Shown here piece by piece: positions 51,601 through 64,000 of a stretch of DNA of 64,000 bases. The stretch lies in assembly GCF_006345805.1 (NCBI RefSeq), contig NC_043002.1:2728001-2792000 (forward strand), read 5' to 3'. Each line of letters opens with the position of its first letter. Position 1 is the first letter of the stretch. The notes under the pieces are model-generated. The model was not told the origin of the DNA and searched no databases. It worked only from the letters and a program-made list of their open reading frames with translations. A program made the position numbers and the translations under genes. This DNA is from Octopus sinensis (taxonomy: Eukaryota).

Positions 51601-51770
51601 GAAAGAGGGCTGGTGGTCTGGACGTGTGTGTGTATGTATGTGTGGGTGTGGAGATGTGGGGATGGGTGTGTGGGTGGTGTGTTGTGATGTGATGTGTAAC
51701 GTTGTATGGTGTAGTGTAGTGGGGTGTGGTGTGATGTTGTGGGGAAGTGGGGCAGGCGTGTGATGATATA

Positions 51771-51811
<41 letters not shown>

Positions 51812-51814
<3 letters not shown>

Positions 51815-52985
51815 ATATATAGAGGGCATAATTATGCATACATGCCAGGAGGCATTATATATACCTGCCAAACGCTAAGAGGGACAATCAGTCATTTCTA
51901 CCAAAAATATTACTAATCCCACCGAATGCAATTTTTCAAAGTAAGACATTTAAAAATATATAGGCCTGTATCACAGTGATTTCATACTTACGTAATCATC
52001 AGCAGGCCTGAATGTATTATAAATAAACAACGACCCTGCCTCGCTTAAGCCGAACAGCTAACTGATCAACATCAACGAAGCACATGGTGAGTTTATATAT
52101 ATTACATCCGGTGAATGGCAAACTTTTACAAAATTGCATTTCGGGAGAGGAAAAGTTTTTTCGGAATAAAAATTTTGCAATTAAGGACAACTACTTAATA
52201 AGGAAAACTTAACAAGAAATTGTCAGGTAGATAGCGTAAAAACCTCATAAGAGAAAAAATTTCGAAAATAATTATTTCTTATTGAACATATTAATTTATA
52301 TATAGAGGGCATAATTATACATACATGCCAGGAGGCATTATATATACCTGCCATTATGCCCTCTATATATAAATTAATATGTTCAATAAGAAATAATTAT
52401 TTTCGAAATTTTTTCTCTTATGAGGTTTTTACGCTATCTACCTGACAATTTCTTGTTAAGTTTTCCTTATTAAGTAGTTGTCCTTAATTGCAAAATTTTT
52501 ATTCCGAAAAAACTTTTCCTCTCCCGAAATGCAATTTTGTAAAAGTTTGCCATTCACCCGGATGTAATATATATAAACTCACCCATGTGCTTCGTTGATG
52601 TTGATCAGTTAGCTGTTCGGCTTAAGCGAGGCAGGGTCGTTGTTTATTTATAATACATTCAGGCCTGCTGATGATTACGTAAGTATGAAATCACTGTGAT
52701 ACAGGCCTATATATTTTTAATGTCTTACTTTGAAAAATTGCATTCGGTGGGATTAGTAATATTTTTGGTAGAAATGACTGATTGTCCCTCTTAGCGTTTG
52801 GCAGGTATATATAATGCCTCCTGGCATGTATGTATAATTATGCCCTCTATATATAAATTAATATGTTCAATAAGAAATAATTATTTTCGAAATTTTTTCT
52901 CTTATGAGGTTTTTACGCTATCTACCTGACAATTTCTTGTTAAGTTTTCCTTATTAAGTAGTTGTCCTTAATTGCAAAATTTTTA
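51812..52985. repeat. Foldback of a 483-bp tandem unit: arms 51812-52315 and 52353-52857, 37-nt loop
   Basis: AGAGGGCATAATT recurs at 51821 and 52304, giving a 483-bp period. From 52353 the sequence is the reverse complement of the left arm and runs on into a further partial unit. Confidence 0.95.
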
Positions 52986-53212
52986 TATATATATATATAT
53001 ATATATATTGAGATGGTAAATGTTTTTAATTTTCATTCCTTTCATGAACTTATCCCTTTTTGTGTTCTAGCACAACGCTTCCTTATTTGGAAGCCTCTTG
53101 TATTTCTATATGAATAATATATAGTCTAATGACTAATTCGTTTTTTGTGCTAGGCCACTGGTAATAATAATTCATTATTACCCTATTTTATTATGTATAT
53201 ATATATATATAT

Positions 53213-53457
53213 TGTTTCCTTGTTTCAGTCATTAGACTGCAGCCTGGGGCATCGCCTGGAAGGGATTTTAGTCGAACAAATTGACCCCAGGACTTATTCT
53301 TGAAGCCTAGTACTTATTCTATCGGGCTCTTTTGCCAAACCGCTAAGTTACGGGGACGTAAGCACACCAACACCAGTTTTCAAGCGGTGGTGGGAGGACA
53401 AACACAGAGGCAAAACCACAAACACACAGATATATACTTGTGTGTGTGTGGTGTGTG

Positions 53458-53515
<58 letters not shown>

Positions 53516-53668
53516 TGTATACGACGGGACTCTTTTAGTTTCCGTCTACCAAATCCACTCACAAAGCTTTTGTCGGTTCGAGGCTATAGTAGAGGACACT
53601 TACTCAAGGTGGGACTGAACCCGGAACCATGTGATTGGGAAGCAAGCTTCTTACCACACAACCACGCC
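53213..53668 (-). mobile_element. SINE family A, full length
   Basis: Reverse complement of family A, from TTGTTTCAGTCATT to CTTACCACACAACCACGCC. Confidence 0.9.
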
Positions 53669-54316
53669 TATCCAGTTGATAGCTCCTTCGACAAAATGCT
53701 TCTCGACATTTCTTTCAGCGCTTTACATTCCGAGTTCTAATATTACCAAGACCGATTTTGCCTTTAATCCCTTCGGGGGTCAATAAAAATTTTGCCACTT
53801 GATAATGGGAGTCGTTGTAATCGACTAACCTCCAGCTCTTAAAATTCTTGACCATTGACCAGAATCCAAAACTATTATTTTTTTATCATTATCATCATTA
53901 TTAATATTTAGTTAATAAATTAATGAATATAATTGTTGCCATTTTACTATTTTTATGTCCATAATTTTCAAGCCTTTGTATTGCCGTCGTTTCCAATTTT
54001 GGCTTTCTTCAAAATTTCAATTAATGGCTTCCTGTGCGTTTATTTATTTATTTACAACCACTCGAATGAACAAATATTAACATTTAAATTTTAGCTTCCC
54101 GTCATCGTATCTTTGTAATGGTTTGTTTAATCTTGGAACCATTAACAATGTTCTCTCATGGTGCGGCACGTTTATCTCAATCGTCACATTCTTTCTGCCA
54201 TCCAATCAAATCTTGAATTTAGAAGTTGAAAAATATGACAGGATTTAGTAAATATTCTTTGAATGTGTGTACCACAGTATAGTGAGATTGTCAGAAACGA
54301 TTAACAAATAACTGGT

Positions 54317-54317
<1 letters not shown>

Positions 54318-54401
<84 letters not shown>

Positions 54402-54402
54402 G

Positions 54403-54454
<52 letters not shown>

Positions 54455-54703
54455 CATAGATACATACATACATATATTTCTTTTACTCTGGAGAAAAGAT
54501 AGTACCATTGACTCTTCACAGGACCCCCAAGGCATTTGAAAGAATGGGAGGGAGGAAGGGCGGAAGGTAGCAAACCAGAGACAGGGTCCAAATGCTTGCA
54601 ATAGAATATATTTTACTACTTGACTATATGTGTATCTGTGAATGTGTGTGTGTACGCGTGCGTGTGTGTATATATATATATACATGTGTGTATATATATG
54701 TTG

Positions 54704-54770
<67 letters not shown>

Positions 54771-54969
54771 ATGTATATGTGTGTATTTGTAAATATATAT
54801 ATATATATATATATACATGTTTGTATGTATATGTGTGTATTTGTAAATATATATATATATATATATATATACATGTGTGTATATATATGTGTGTATGTAT
54901 ATATATATATATATTATAATATATATATTATGTGTATGTATATGTGTGTATTTGTAAATATATATATAT

Positions 54970-55005
<36 letters not shown>

Positions 55006-55145
55006 ATTATATGTGTGTGTATGTATATGTGTGTATTTGTAAATATATATATATATATATATATATACATGTGTGTATGTATATGTGTGTATTTGTAAAT
55101 ATATATATATATATATATATATACATGTGTGTATATATATGTGTG

Positions 55146-55185
<40 letters not shown>

Positions 55186-55207
55186 TGTGTATGTATAATT
55201 GTATTTG

Positions 55208-55274
<67 letters not shown>

Positions 55275-55280
55275 TACATA
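54318..55280. repeat. (TAGA)n/(CAGA)n, then a (TA)n-containing ~55-bp higher-order repeat
   Basis: The unit CATGTGTGTATGTATATGTGTGTATTTGTAAA(TA)n recurs several times between 54760 and 55270. Confidence 0.9.
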
Positions 55281-55513
55281 TAGTGTGTATGTAGTTGTTA
55301 ATGTATGTATATGCGTAGATGGTTATATGCATAAATAAATCTATAGACCAGCAGAAGGCGATTAAAAGTGTTTCTGGTGGCAGCTGACCCAGGAAGGTAC
55401 AGTAATATTTTTAACTTTAAAATACCGTCACGTGACGTGGAATACAAACGTTTCTTTTTCGGAAAATTTATTCTCTGCATGAATAATCCCCATTAAGTTT
55501 GCCCAATCCTATG

Positions 55514-55559
<46 letters not shown>

Positions 55560-55581
55560 TGTGTGGTGTGTGTGTGTGTGT

Positions 55582-55629
<48 letters not shown>

Positions 55630-56621
55630 TGTGTTTATATTTATAGTTAGATATTAAGATTTGAGTATGAGAGACATCCCTCAGCTATTGAGCAACGTCA
55701 TTGACTTGACTGAGTGGAAAATGTGAGTTATTATGCTGATGCCTTTACCGACGGCATCAACAGTTTAACAGAACAGAAAGAGCAACAACCGTGAAGCTAA
55801 ACTGCAGCCAACGCTATTTCTTGCTACTTTATATCGCAGACGGCAAAGACGAAAGGGACGGAACGTCTTGAATTATTATCAATAAATTATTCGTACTTTA
55901 ATTTATCAGTCCGAAAGGTTACAAGTCAAATTCGACTCCATCAGATTTAAACTAAAACTATAGACTGGCATTTACGGTAGCGGCTGTACTATTACTACCA
56001 ACTCGTTACCATTAAGAAGTAAAATATTATTTGCCTTGGGAACCTATTGCAAAGACTATATGTTACGGTGGCGATCCACCTGGCACACAGCAAGGTACGG
56101 TTTCTTCGCCGATCTTAGTTTCGCTGTCCGCAAAGAATGTAAGACAATAATAGGAATGATTTAGTAGTTTTGGTTGTTGAATTAACGGGAAACTGACAGG
56201 GAAATTAATATCAGGCAGGGCAAAGATCAAATCCTCTCCAGCAAGAATAATAATAGCAAACAATGTGGAGAGCAGAAAAGTTAGAGAGATCAAGATTGAG
56301 CAGGTCCCCTGAGTAATCTTTACAATTGTTTAGAAGAAGAAAAATTTTCCATTTGCATCTTTTCCTACACTCGCTGCCGAATCGACATAATTTAATTGAA
56401 GTCTGTGGAAGTCTACAATATATTTGCTTCAGACTTGTGTCTTCGTCTCTGCTCAAGCGTCAACCGGGGTGACGGGGTGACGGGGACAGCTTGAAAGGAA
56501 CAAATGAAAATACTAACCTGGAAACCAACAGCGAAGAAATTCTTTGTCGTTTTGTTTTGTGTGGTTTTTATAATTTCAAACTGACGTCACAGCAAAAGCT
56601 ATAAAACGAATATATCAGGAT

Positions 56622-56852
56622 TTGAAGAAGAAGAAGAAGAAGAAGAAGAAGAAGAAGAAGAAGAAGAAGAAGAGAAGAAGAAGAAGAAGAAGAAGAAGAA
56701 GAAGAAGAAGAAGAAGAAGAAAGCAAAAGAAGAAGAAGAAAAGAAGAAGAAGAAGAAGAAGAAGAAGAAAAGAAGAAGAAGCAAAAGAAGAAGAAGAAAA
56801 GAAGAAGAAGAAGAAGAAGAAAAAGAAGAAGAAGAAGAAGAAGAAGAAGAAG
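56622..56852. repeat. (GAA)n trinucleotide tract
   Basis: Directly visible. Confidence 0.95.
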
Positions 56853-57269
56853 GATTACAAGATTGAAATGATTACGAAAAGTAAGGAGAAACGGATTTTT
56901 GCTTTTGTCTACAAACTGCTTGATTCTGGAGATATTGGACAAATGGGAAAATACTTAAAAATAGTTCGAGTAATGATTGTTTTCGTGTGTTTCTTATCTG
57001 AAACACCGAGTCTCTAAAAATGGCTGCGTATCTTAGCTATTAGGTGCAGTGGAGCGGAGAAAGGAGGAGGAGGAGGAGGAGGTTGAGAAAGAGGAGGAGA
57101 GAAAGGGGAGGGGTACGGGATGGGGGGAGGGAGAGGAGAAGGAGGAGTCCAAAAAGTGAAACAATGAGATATGGAGTTGTATAATGAAAGAGCCAAAGAG
57201 ACAAAACATAATAAAACTCCATTGAAAAAAAAGTTCAAAACACAAACAATAAAGCGTTTGGAATTGGTA

Positions 57270-57470
57270 GTTGGGTGGGGGAGGGGGACGAGTAGGATGT
57301 CGCTGTCGTGGGTGGGGGGAGGGGGACGAGTAGGGTGCCGCTGTCGTGGGTGGGGGGAGGGGGACGAGTAGGGGAGGGGATGAGTAAGGGGAGGTGGATG
57401 AGTAGGGTGCCACTGTCGTTGGTGGGGGAGGTGGATGAGTAGGGTGCCGCTGTCGTGGGTCGAGGTGGCA
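57270..57470. repeat. G-rich ~36-bp minisatellite
   Basis: The unit GTGGGGGAGGGGGACGAGTAGGGTGCCGCTGTCGTGG occurs about 5 times with variants. Confidence 0.85.
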
Positions 57471-57739
57471 TACTTTGTTGTTGCCGTTGTTCTTATCTCT
57501 GTTTTTAAGGTTATTTAATAGAGCGAGGCATTTTCTCGTCATTTCATTCGTTTCACAAATGTACTTCTAACAAACGAAAATAAACTATATCTTCTGCGAT
57601 GGAACCAAACACACCCGCCACACCCCATTTCTGCGACAGAACTACCCGCTGCTTCTACGAAACGACCCCCAACCCCCACCTTCACATCAAATCTCCCACC
57701 TTCACTCTTTGCTTTCATCTGGTGTCAAGGCCTTTTTTT

Positions 57740-57895
57740 CAGTCTTGTTATTCTTGTTGCTGCTGCTGCTACTGTTGTTATCATCATCATTGTCGTCGTC
57801 GTCATCATCATCATCATTATTATTGTTGTTGTTGTTGTTGTTGTTGTTGTTATTATTACTATCATTATTATTATCATTATTATTATTATCATCGC

Positions 57896-57944
<49 letters not shown>
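57740..57944. repeat. Compound trinucleotide tract ending in (TTA)n
   Basis: Directly visible. Confidence 0.95.
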
Positions 57945-57947
<3 letters not shown>

Positions 57948-58151
57948 TAGTTTTATTTTTATAGCGTGCTTTCACTTCACTACCGAGCGCAGCTCTGTGT
58001 GCCTTGGGTTTGTGCTGTGATTTGTTGTGATGCTCTGATGGTTATTGTATGGAAAGTGTTCTGCGTAGGATGTGTGCAGTGCCTAGTAGTGCAATTTTCT
58101 GTATGTTATATGTGTTTGTAAGTCCTGGTGTTTTTGTTATGTATTTGTCTG
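57945..58151 (-). mobile_element. R4/Dong-clade LINE extreme 3' end inside a (TAA)n tract
   Basis: The minus strand translates DKYITKTPGLTNTYNIQKIALLGTAHILRRTLSIQ* (stop 58042-58044), followed by a ~97-nt 3' UTR and then (AAT)n. TAA-type repeats lie on both sides. Confidence 0.85.
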
Positions 58152-58208
58152 AATATTTATTATTATTATCATTATTATTATTATTATTATATTATTATTA
58201 TTATTATA

Positions 58209-58239
<31 letters not shown>

Positions 58240-58940
58240 TATCATCATCACCAACATGTTTTTTTTAACTATTGTTTAAGCCTTATTAACCGACACCCTC
58301 GACTCCATGCATAATATTAAGCGTTTTACCACTCGAAGCCAAACCAGAGACGACTTTGTGCAATGATAGTTCTTCATTCTCGGTAGCAACAAGCCATATC
58401 GACATAAGAAAACATGCCGCAGAAATCCCTGGGCGCGTGCCTCAGCGAAGCAGTCATCCAAACTTCAAAGCTTTGATGAGTTGCTTGTAAAATTACTTCA
58501 AGATAGAAATCAAAGAACAATTACAACGTAACATATTTCTGTATGATATTAATTTTGAAAATTTATGCCAAGAGAAAAACTCTGATAAATATGTTGATTT
58601 TTTTCTTTTCTTTTCTTCCTTGTTTTGTTTTGTTTCTTTTTGTGATTTTTTTTTAAATTCTTTATTCGTTTTAGTTTTGTTTTTCTCTCTTTTCTTTTAT
58701 CTCTTCTGTGAAGATTTTGATTAGCACAAAATGTGCTTTGAAAAATTGGTAGGGAATGAGAAAGCCGTTTTCTTCGTTCTGCAATGGTGGAATATAACTT
58801 AGTATTTCTTTGATAGGAATGAAAATAAAATATAAAAAATAAACGAAACAATAATTTTAAAGTGAGAACATTAATCTGTGTTTATCTTCAACGATGAAAA
58901 TAACAATTAAATAGAATAAATGAAGAAATAATTCTAATTT

Positions 58941-59002
<62 letters not shown>

Positions 59003-59074
59003 AGAGCTCATATATACGAGGACGACCGTACCTAAGTCCGTTTGGATGGATGTAGGTAGGTATGTATGTGTGTG

Positions 59075-59143
<69 letters not shown>

Positions 59144-59329
59144 CTGTATCTATGTATCTATGTGTGCAGGTTGGTACGGAGGTACGCATGTGTATGTGTG
59201 TGGTTATATATGTATGTGTGTATGTAGACATGGAAGCCGGATGATAATCATAGAGGTATGTATGAGACATCTTTATAGATTTTGTGTATGTGTATGTATG
59301 TGTGCGCTCGAACGAGTGTGTGTGCGTGC

Positions 59330-59363
<34 letters not shown>

Positions 59364-59883
59364 CATGTATGTGTGCATGCGTGTATGAGTATGTGTATGT
59401 GGAAATAGGTGAGTAAGCAATAAATACTCTATATTTCATGGTGTATCAGTTTCTGTGAATGAACACACACACACGCCCATACATGTATGTGTGTGAGTGT
59501 GAGTGTATATATGTGCATGCGCATATACATGTATGAGATATTGTCAATATATGTCTGTGCACATATGTTAAAACGCTGGTTTCTTTCTATGTATTTCGTC
59601 CCACAGTAAAATGGCAAAAGATCCGGTTGCTGTGAAAACCCGTTCGTCCATTCTTGTTGCCGTAAGGCAGGAGTAGCCGATGGCTGATGTGAGTGTAGGG
59701 ACCTCGAAGTTGACAACGGTAACCCAGTTGATTGTTTGCAGAGAAAAAGACAGTGAGAATGGTCAAGTTGATTCTGGAAGCCTGAATTTAAAAAATTTTG
59801 AAAATGGTCAGGAAAAAGACATCATTTGATAGCATGGGATTACGGCAAAGAAGAAGAAGAAGAAGAAGAAGAAGAAGAATAAT

Positions 59884-61960
59884 CTTTTCTATATTGACCA
59901 CGAGGGCCGAATACAAAAGTATATAGGCACAATACAAAAGAAGGGACAAGTGGGGTTTAAAACAAAAAACGTGTAAACAATAAAAAAGAAACTTAACAAA
60001 AAATCTAACACCAAAATTCCCCTATAGTGGGGAGTTCCACCCAGGTCACCCCACGCATCCTGGTAACCTCGACTGCCAAGGGCACGCCAGATAGCCACCC
60101 CTCTTTCTCTCAATTGCTCCGGCTTACAGACGAATATTCAGAATAGGCCCAATCACACGAGCCATTTTTACAACATTCATCCAGCTTTCAACAAATTTAC
60201 TGGGAGGCAGTTCTTTCCTCTCCACCCTCACTTTCCTTTTCAAGTAGAACTTGAAGATGTCGATGAGGGCTCGGCCGAAGAGGAAAATGTCTGTCTTCAG
60301 TCCTTTCCACCGCGTCCACCACACTACCTCTTTCGCTATAGTCACCAGGCAGAGGAATGCTGCCTTTCCCTCCCAGCCAAAAGAAGGCGGCGGGGCGATC
60401 CTCACAATGGGCCCAGCTGATAACCGGATCCATCCTACACGTGACAACAGCTGTTCGACAAAGTTTCACAAGTCAGTAATGCGCAGGCGCTGGACGAGTG
60501 CATGCAGGACGGTTTTATCGCCCTGTGCACACCTCGGACAGGTCTGTCTGACAGCATTTCTGTGCCTGTAGAGCTTATCTCGAACCGGTAGATCTCGCCG
60601 GTATCACTGCAAGGCCAGGGATTTCCGGAAGTTATCCATTGGCCAAGGTCTGAAAGTCCTCCGGAAGATGCCAGTTAGTTGATTCCTCCCGACGCCCAGT
60701 TTTTCCCCAAGTACGTCATCGCTCTTTCCCTCCACTAATCAGAACTCCGTAGTGGAACTTCCACTGACCGCACTGTCCGACTGGCAGAATGCTGCGTTTG
60801 TGTGAGTGTATGCTTAAGTGGGGTGAGGGGACTGGTTTGACAGATTCCCTGGGTGGCTTTTCTCCATTCTATGGGGTTTCAATTGCATCTGTTGTTGTTG
60901 TTGTTGTTGTTGTTGGAGATGAGGCTACAGTTTTACTTGCCGATACTCCGAGTGTCAAGTGCCATTTCTTGGTCTACGCTTGACCCAGGACTGTAGCTCC
61001 ATGAATGAGACTAGAATGAGACACAGTTGCTCACCGTTAAGGAAACGCTGGAGATGTCGCAGCCTCAGTGCATTAACTACGACATGCCCAGTCCTCCACT
61101 CAGCGGCTGTTGACAGCAAGTGGACCGTTGCTGTTGTTGGGGATGCGATATAGGTTGCAGATATGGCCGCGTACTTCCCAACTTTTGGGGGCAGAAGGCT
61201 TTCAGGTGACTTGTAGCCCCACAGATGTCGCACCTGGATTTCCTACCTTCCACAACGACACGCAGTTCCGACCCGTTGGGCAGTTGGATCAGGTCTGAGA
61301 TCTTCTCGATATATCTGGTTTTACATGGATTAATATTTCCAAATTTATCTCAAACCAGATCTCCATGCTGCTCCTTTTTACCTCCAGGTGTGACTCTGGG
61401 TCTTGCACCTCACAGACGACAATCCACCAGGCGTCTACGCCCGGCGGCACGCCCGTTACCCTAATTCTGGTCATTCTCTTAGAGAGGTAGGTGAGATACA
61501 GGATCCACGCATCAATCCACCGGGGTGACACTGCGTATCTTCTCGCGAGGTCCTTACTTTTAAAGAGGACCTTATTGTTGGAAAACTGCCTCCCTTTCTG
61601 TATATGGGCCACATCTATCAAAATTTCTTTTAGAGCCTCCTGAACGCCACTGATACGCATTTAAAATAGACTGTCCATTTTTCTTTTGCCTCTATTATTT
61701 CGGGAGGTACGAGTACTTCTGCCTTAAACCACTCAAATTTAGTAATGTCTTTCGCTTTTGAGAGTTCACATGTTTTCTCATCGAGTGCAGTGGCAAACAT
61801 TTCTCTCTTTGTGTTCGCTACATCAGCAAACATTTTGTTTTTGTGGTTACCGTTACCCAAAATGATTTGAGGATGATCCTGGGCTTACCCTCCAGGCAGG
61901 AAGCGCAAAAGATTGTCTCAACTGTTACGTCTCACCTATTGAGAAGAGGGCAGTGCTGTC
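59884..61960 (-). mobile_element. Tx1/L1-clade LINE, internally deleted and rearranged
   Basis: ORF1-like RIRVTGVPPGV..LRVVVEGR with a CDICGATSHLKAFC zinc knuckle (61191-61232). ORF2 C-terminal pieces GGLGM, LRLRHLQRFL, PVRDKLYRH, CPRC..TVLHAL and AKEVVWWTR. No endonuclease or RT core is seen. Confidence 0.8.
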
Positions 61961-62199
61961 GCTGTGAATTTTTTCTTTCTTCCCTACCCCTTATTTCCTT
62001 TGTTTTCTTCTTTTCCTTTTTTCTTTTTTCCTTTTCCTCTCTGTCTTTCTTCCTCTTTTTCTCTATCGTATGACTTTGTAATTGAACAATCTGGTGTGTT
62101 TATTTTAATGGCCTACCAATATATACAGTGCGTTTCTTTGCCCTAGGTGTTGGGCAGACACTCGGAAAGAAATGGAAACAAAACTGAAAGAAGATTAGG

Positions 62200-62350
62200 A
62201 GGAGGGGGAGGAGGAGGAGAGGAGGAGGAGGAGGAAGAAGAAGAAGAAGAAGAAGAAGAAGAAGAAGAAGAAGAAGAAGAAGAAGAAGAAGAAGAAGAAG
62301 AAGAAGAAAAAGAAGAAGAAAAAGAAGAGGAAGAGGAAGAGGAAGAGGAA
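62200..62350. repeat. (GGA)n/(GAA)n tract
   Basis: Directly visible; produces the poly-E in ORF 62147-62908. Confidence 0.95.
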
Positions 62351-62354
62351 GAAT

Positions 62355-63800
62355 CAGGAAAGGCTACTTTCAATGCAGGGAAGTTCATAAAGGCAGAAAA
62401 CATAGAACTTGATGCTACCACAGCTATTCGAAACCTAGACCAATCCGAAGTATACAAATATCTGGGAACCAATGAAGGTGACGGTATCCAGCACTCTAAA
62501 ATGAAAGAGAAAATCTCCAAGGAATGCTACCGAAAGATAAGGACGGTCCTAAATTCAGAATTAAATGCTGCTATCAGAATTAATGCGATCAATTCTCTGG
62601 CCATACCAGTAACCACCTTTGGCTTCGGTATCATTAAGTGGAGTCTCACTGACATGCAGATTATGGATGGAAAGATCGGTAAAATCTTTACAATGTATCG
62701 AATGCACCATCCAAAATCAGATGTAGACAGGTTTTTTCTCTCAATAAAAATAGGTGGAAGAGGCTCGATACAGCTCAAACTCTCTTTCAAATCAGCAATA
62801 ATAGGCCTTGAAACATGCCTTGATACAAGTGGTTTGCTCTTACGAAATACACTGAAGCATGAAGATTCCAAGCAAGCTTCAGCTATGAAGCTTAGTCAGA
62901 AATTTTAAAAAGTTTCTTGGCCTACAGGTTAACAATAAAAATGACCAAAAACATCCAAATACTGAGAGACCAACCACTGCTTCTCCTGATTTAGAAATTA
63001 ACAATCAGAAATACCAACGAGATCCAAATAGTGACAAACCTATCACTGATGCAAAATACCTCAAACAAAAAGCAAAGAAGGCTTGCGTGAATAATATCGA
63101 AGGCAACTGGAAAGGTAAACTCCTGCCTGGAAAATACCCTCACCGCCTGTCCAAGCCAGATATTGATCAGAATCTAACACACCAATGGCTACAAGGGGCA
63201 GGTCTGTAAAGGAGAAAAAGAAGTTCTTGTTATTGCAGCACAAGATCAGAGATTAACAACCAGAAAATTCCATGCCAATGTCCTTAAAGATGGATCTGGC
63301 CCCTTGTGCAGAATTTGCGGAAAATTCACAGAGACAATCATGTTATTTCTAGCTGCCAAGTCCTTACTGAAAAGGAGTACCTCATATGACATGACAGACT
63401 AGGGCAGTTCATCCACTGGAATGCTTGTAAATACTACAAAATTAAATCCCATGATAAGTGGTACAGACACCATCCAGAGGATGTAGTAAATGGCGAGGGC
63501 GTCACCACCCTTTAGAACTTCTCAATACAAACAGACAGAAACACTGACTCCAATCGACCAGACATTGTGATCAAGGACTACGACAGAGGAACTTGTCTGT
63601 TAATAGATATACCTGACCCACAAGATCAAAATATCTCAAGAAAGGAATACGAAAAACTTTCTCAAATTGAAATCACAAAAATGTGGAAGCTTAGTACTAC
63701 GATAATAGCAGTAGTAATTGGAGCGTTGGGAATGATAAAGAAGAGAGCTGAGAAGTATATTAAGCACCTCCTTGGTGAACTACAAAAGATAACCATACTT
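62355..63800 (+). mobile_element. R4/Dong-clade LINE 3' half (RT C-terminus, Zn knuckle, REL)
   Basis: KATFNAGK, YKYLG, INAINSLAIPV, HHPKSDVDR..GGRG, IAAQDQ, CRICGK, HDRLGQFIHW, RPDIVIKD..LLID and VVIGALG; degenerate. Confidence 0.9.
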
Positions 63801-64000
63801 ACTCCATATCTTACCCCGAAAAACTCGACCTTCATCAGCATCAGGGACTAATCTTTCACGCTTGTTATCATCATTAATCTCTTGATAAAATCTTTTTTTT
63901 TTTGGTCGGGTCTAAACAATTTGTTTCCCTGGTATTGCTTAATCCGTTGTTCAAACTTAGCTTTGTTTTTTGGGGTTTTTTTTTTTGCCTGTATTCGCTG

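Noticed and set aside
56582-56606. CRE (TGACGTCA) 10 bp upstream of TATAAAA; also the GTCACGTGAC palindrome at 55427-55436
   Set aside because: Short motifs are expected by chance in 64 kb, and no downstream gene is supported.
56568-58020. Poly-K/R/E/L/S/Y ORFs
   Set aside because: They are trinucleotide tracts.
59840-59890. Tx1 element targeting a (TTC)n microsatellite
   Set aside because: TTC repeats abut only the 3' end; the 5' flank does not show the target.

Overview
AT-rich eukaryotic non-coding DNA saturated with microsatellites and transposable elements. I recall the SINE families as typical of Octopus genomes; this is an inference and was not searched. No host protein-coding gene, tRNA/rRNA gene or CRISPR array can be supported. 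All convincing coding sequence is TE-derived: a near-complete Penelope-like element (RT + GIY-YIG, 5415-8415), R4/Dong-clade RT-REL LINEs (28.3-32.4 kb, 58 kb, 62.4-63.8 kb), RTE and CR1/L2-type LINE remnants, a rearranged Tx1/L1 LINE, and two Tc1 transposons. There are also several non-autonomous Helitrons, MITE-like inverted repeats and at least three tRNA-derived SINE families. The most interesting signals are: a dispersed family of Penelope-type repeats carrying minimal hammerhead ribozyme motifs (one with a canonical core); a Penelope ORF broken only by single-base deletions; a triplicated Tc1/R4 chimeric unit containing a TTAGGG insert; a ~505-bp-arm foldback; and a MITE whose two arms each carry an octamer + CCAAT module. 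Coordinates were read by eye and degraded boundaries are approximate.
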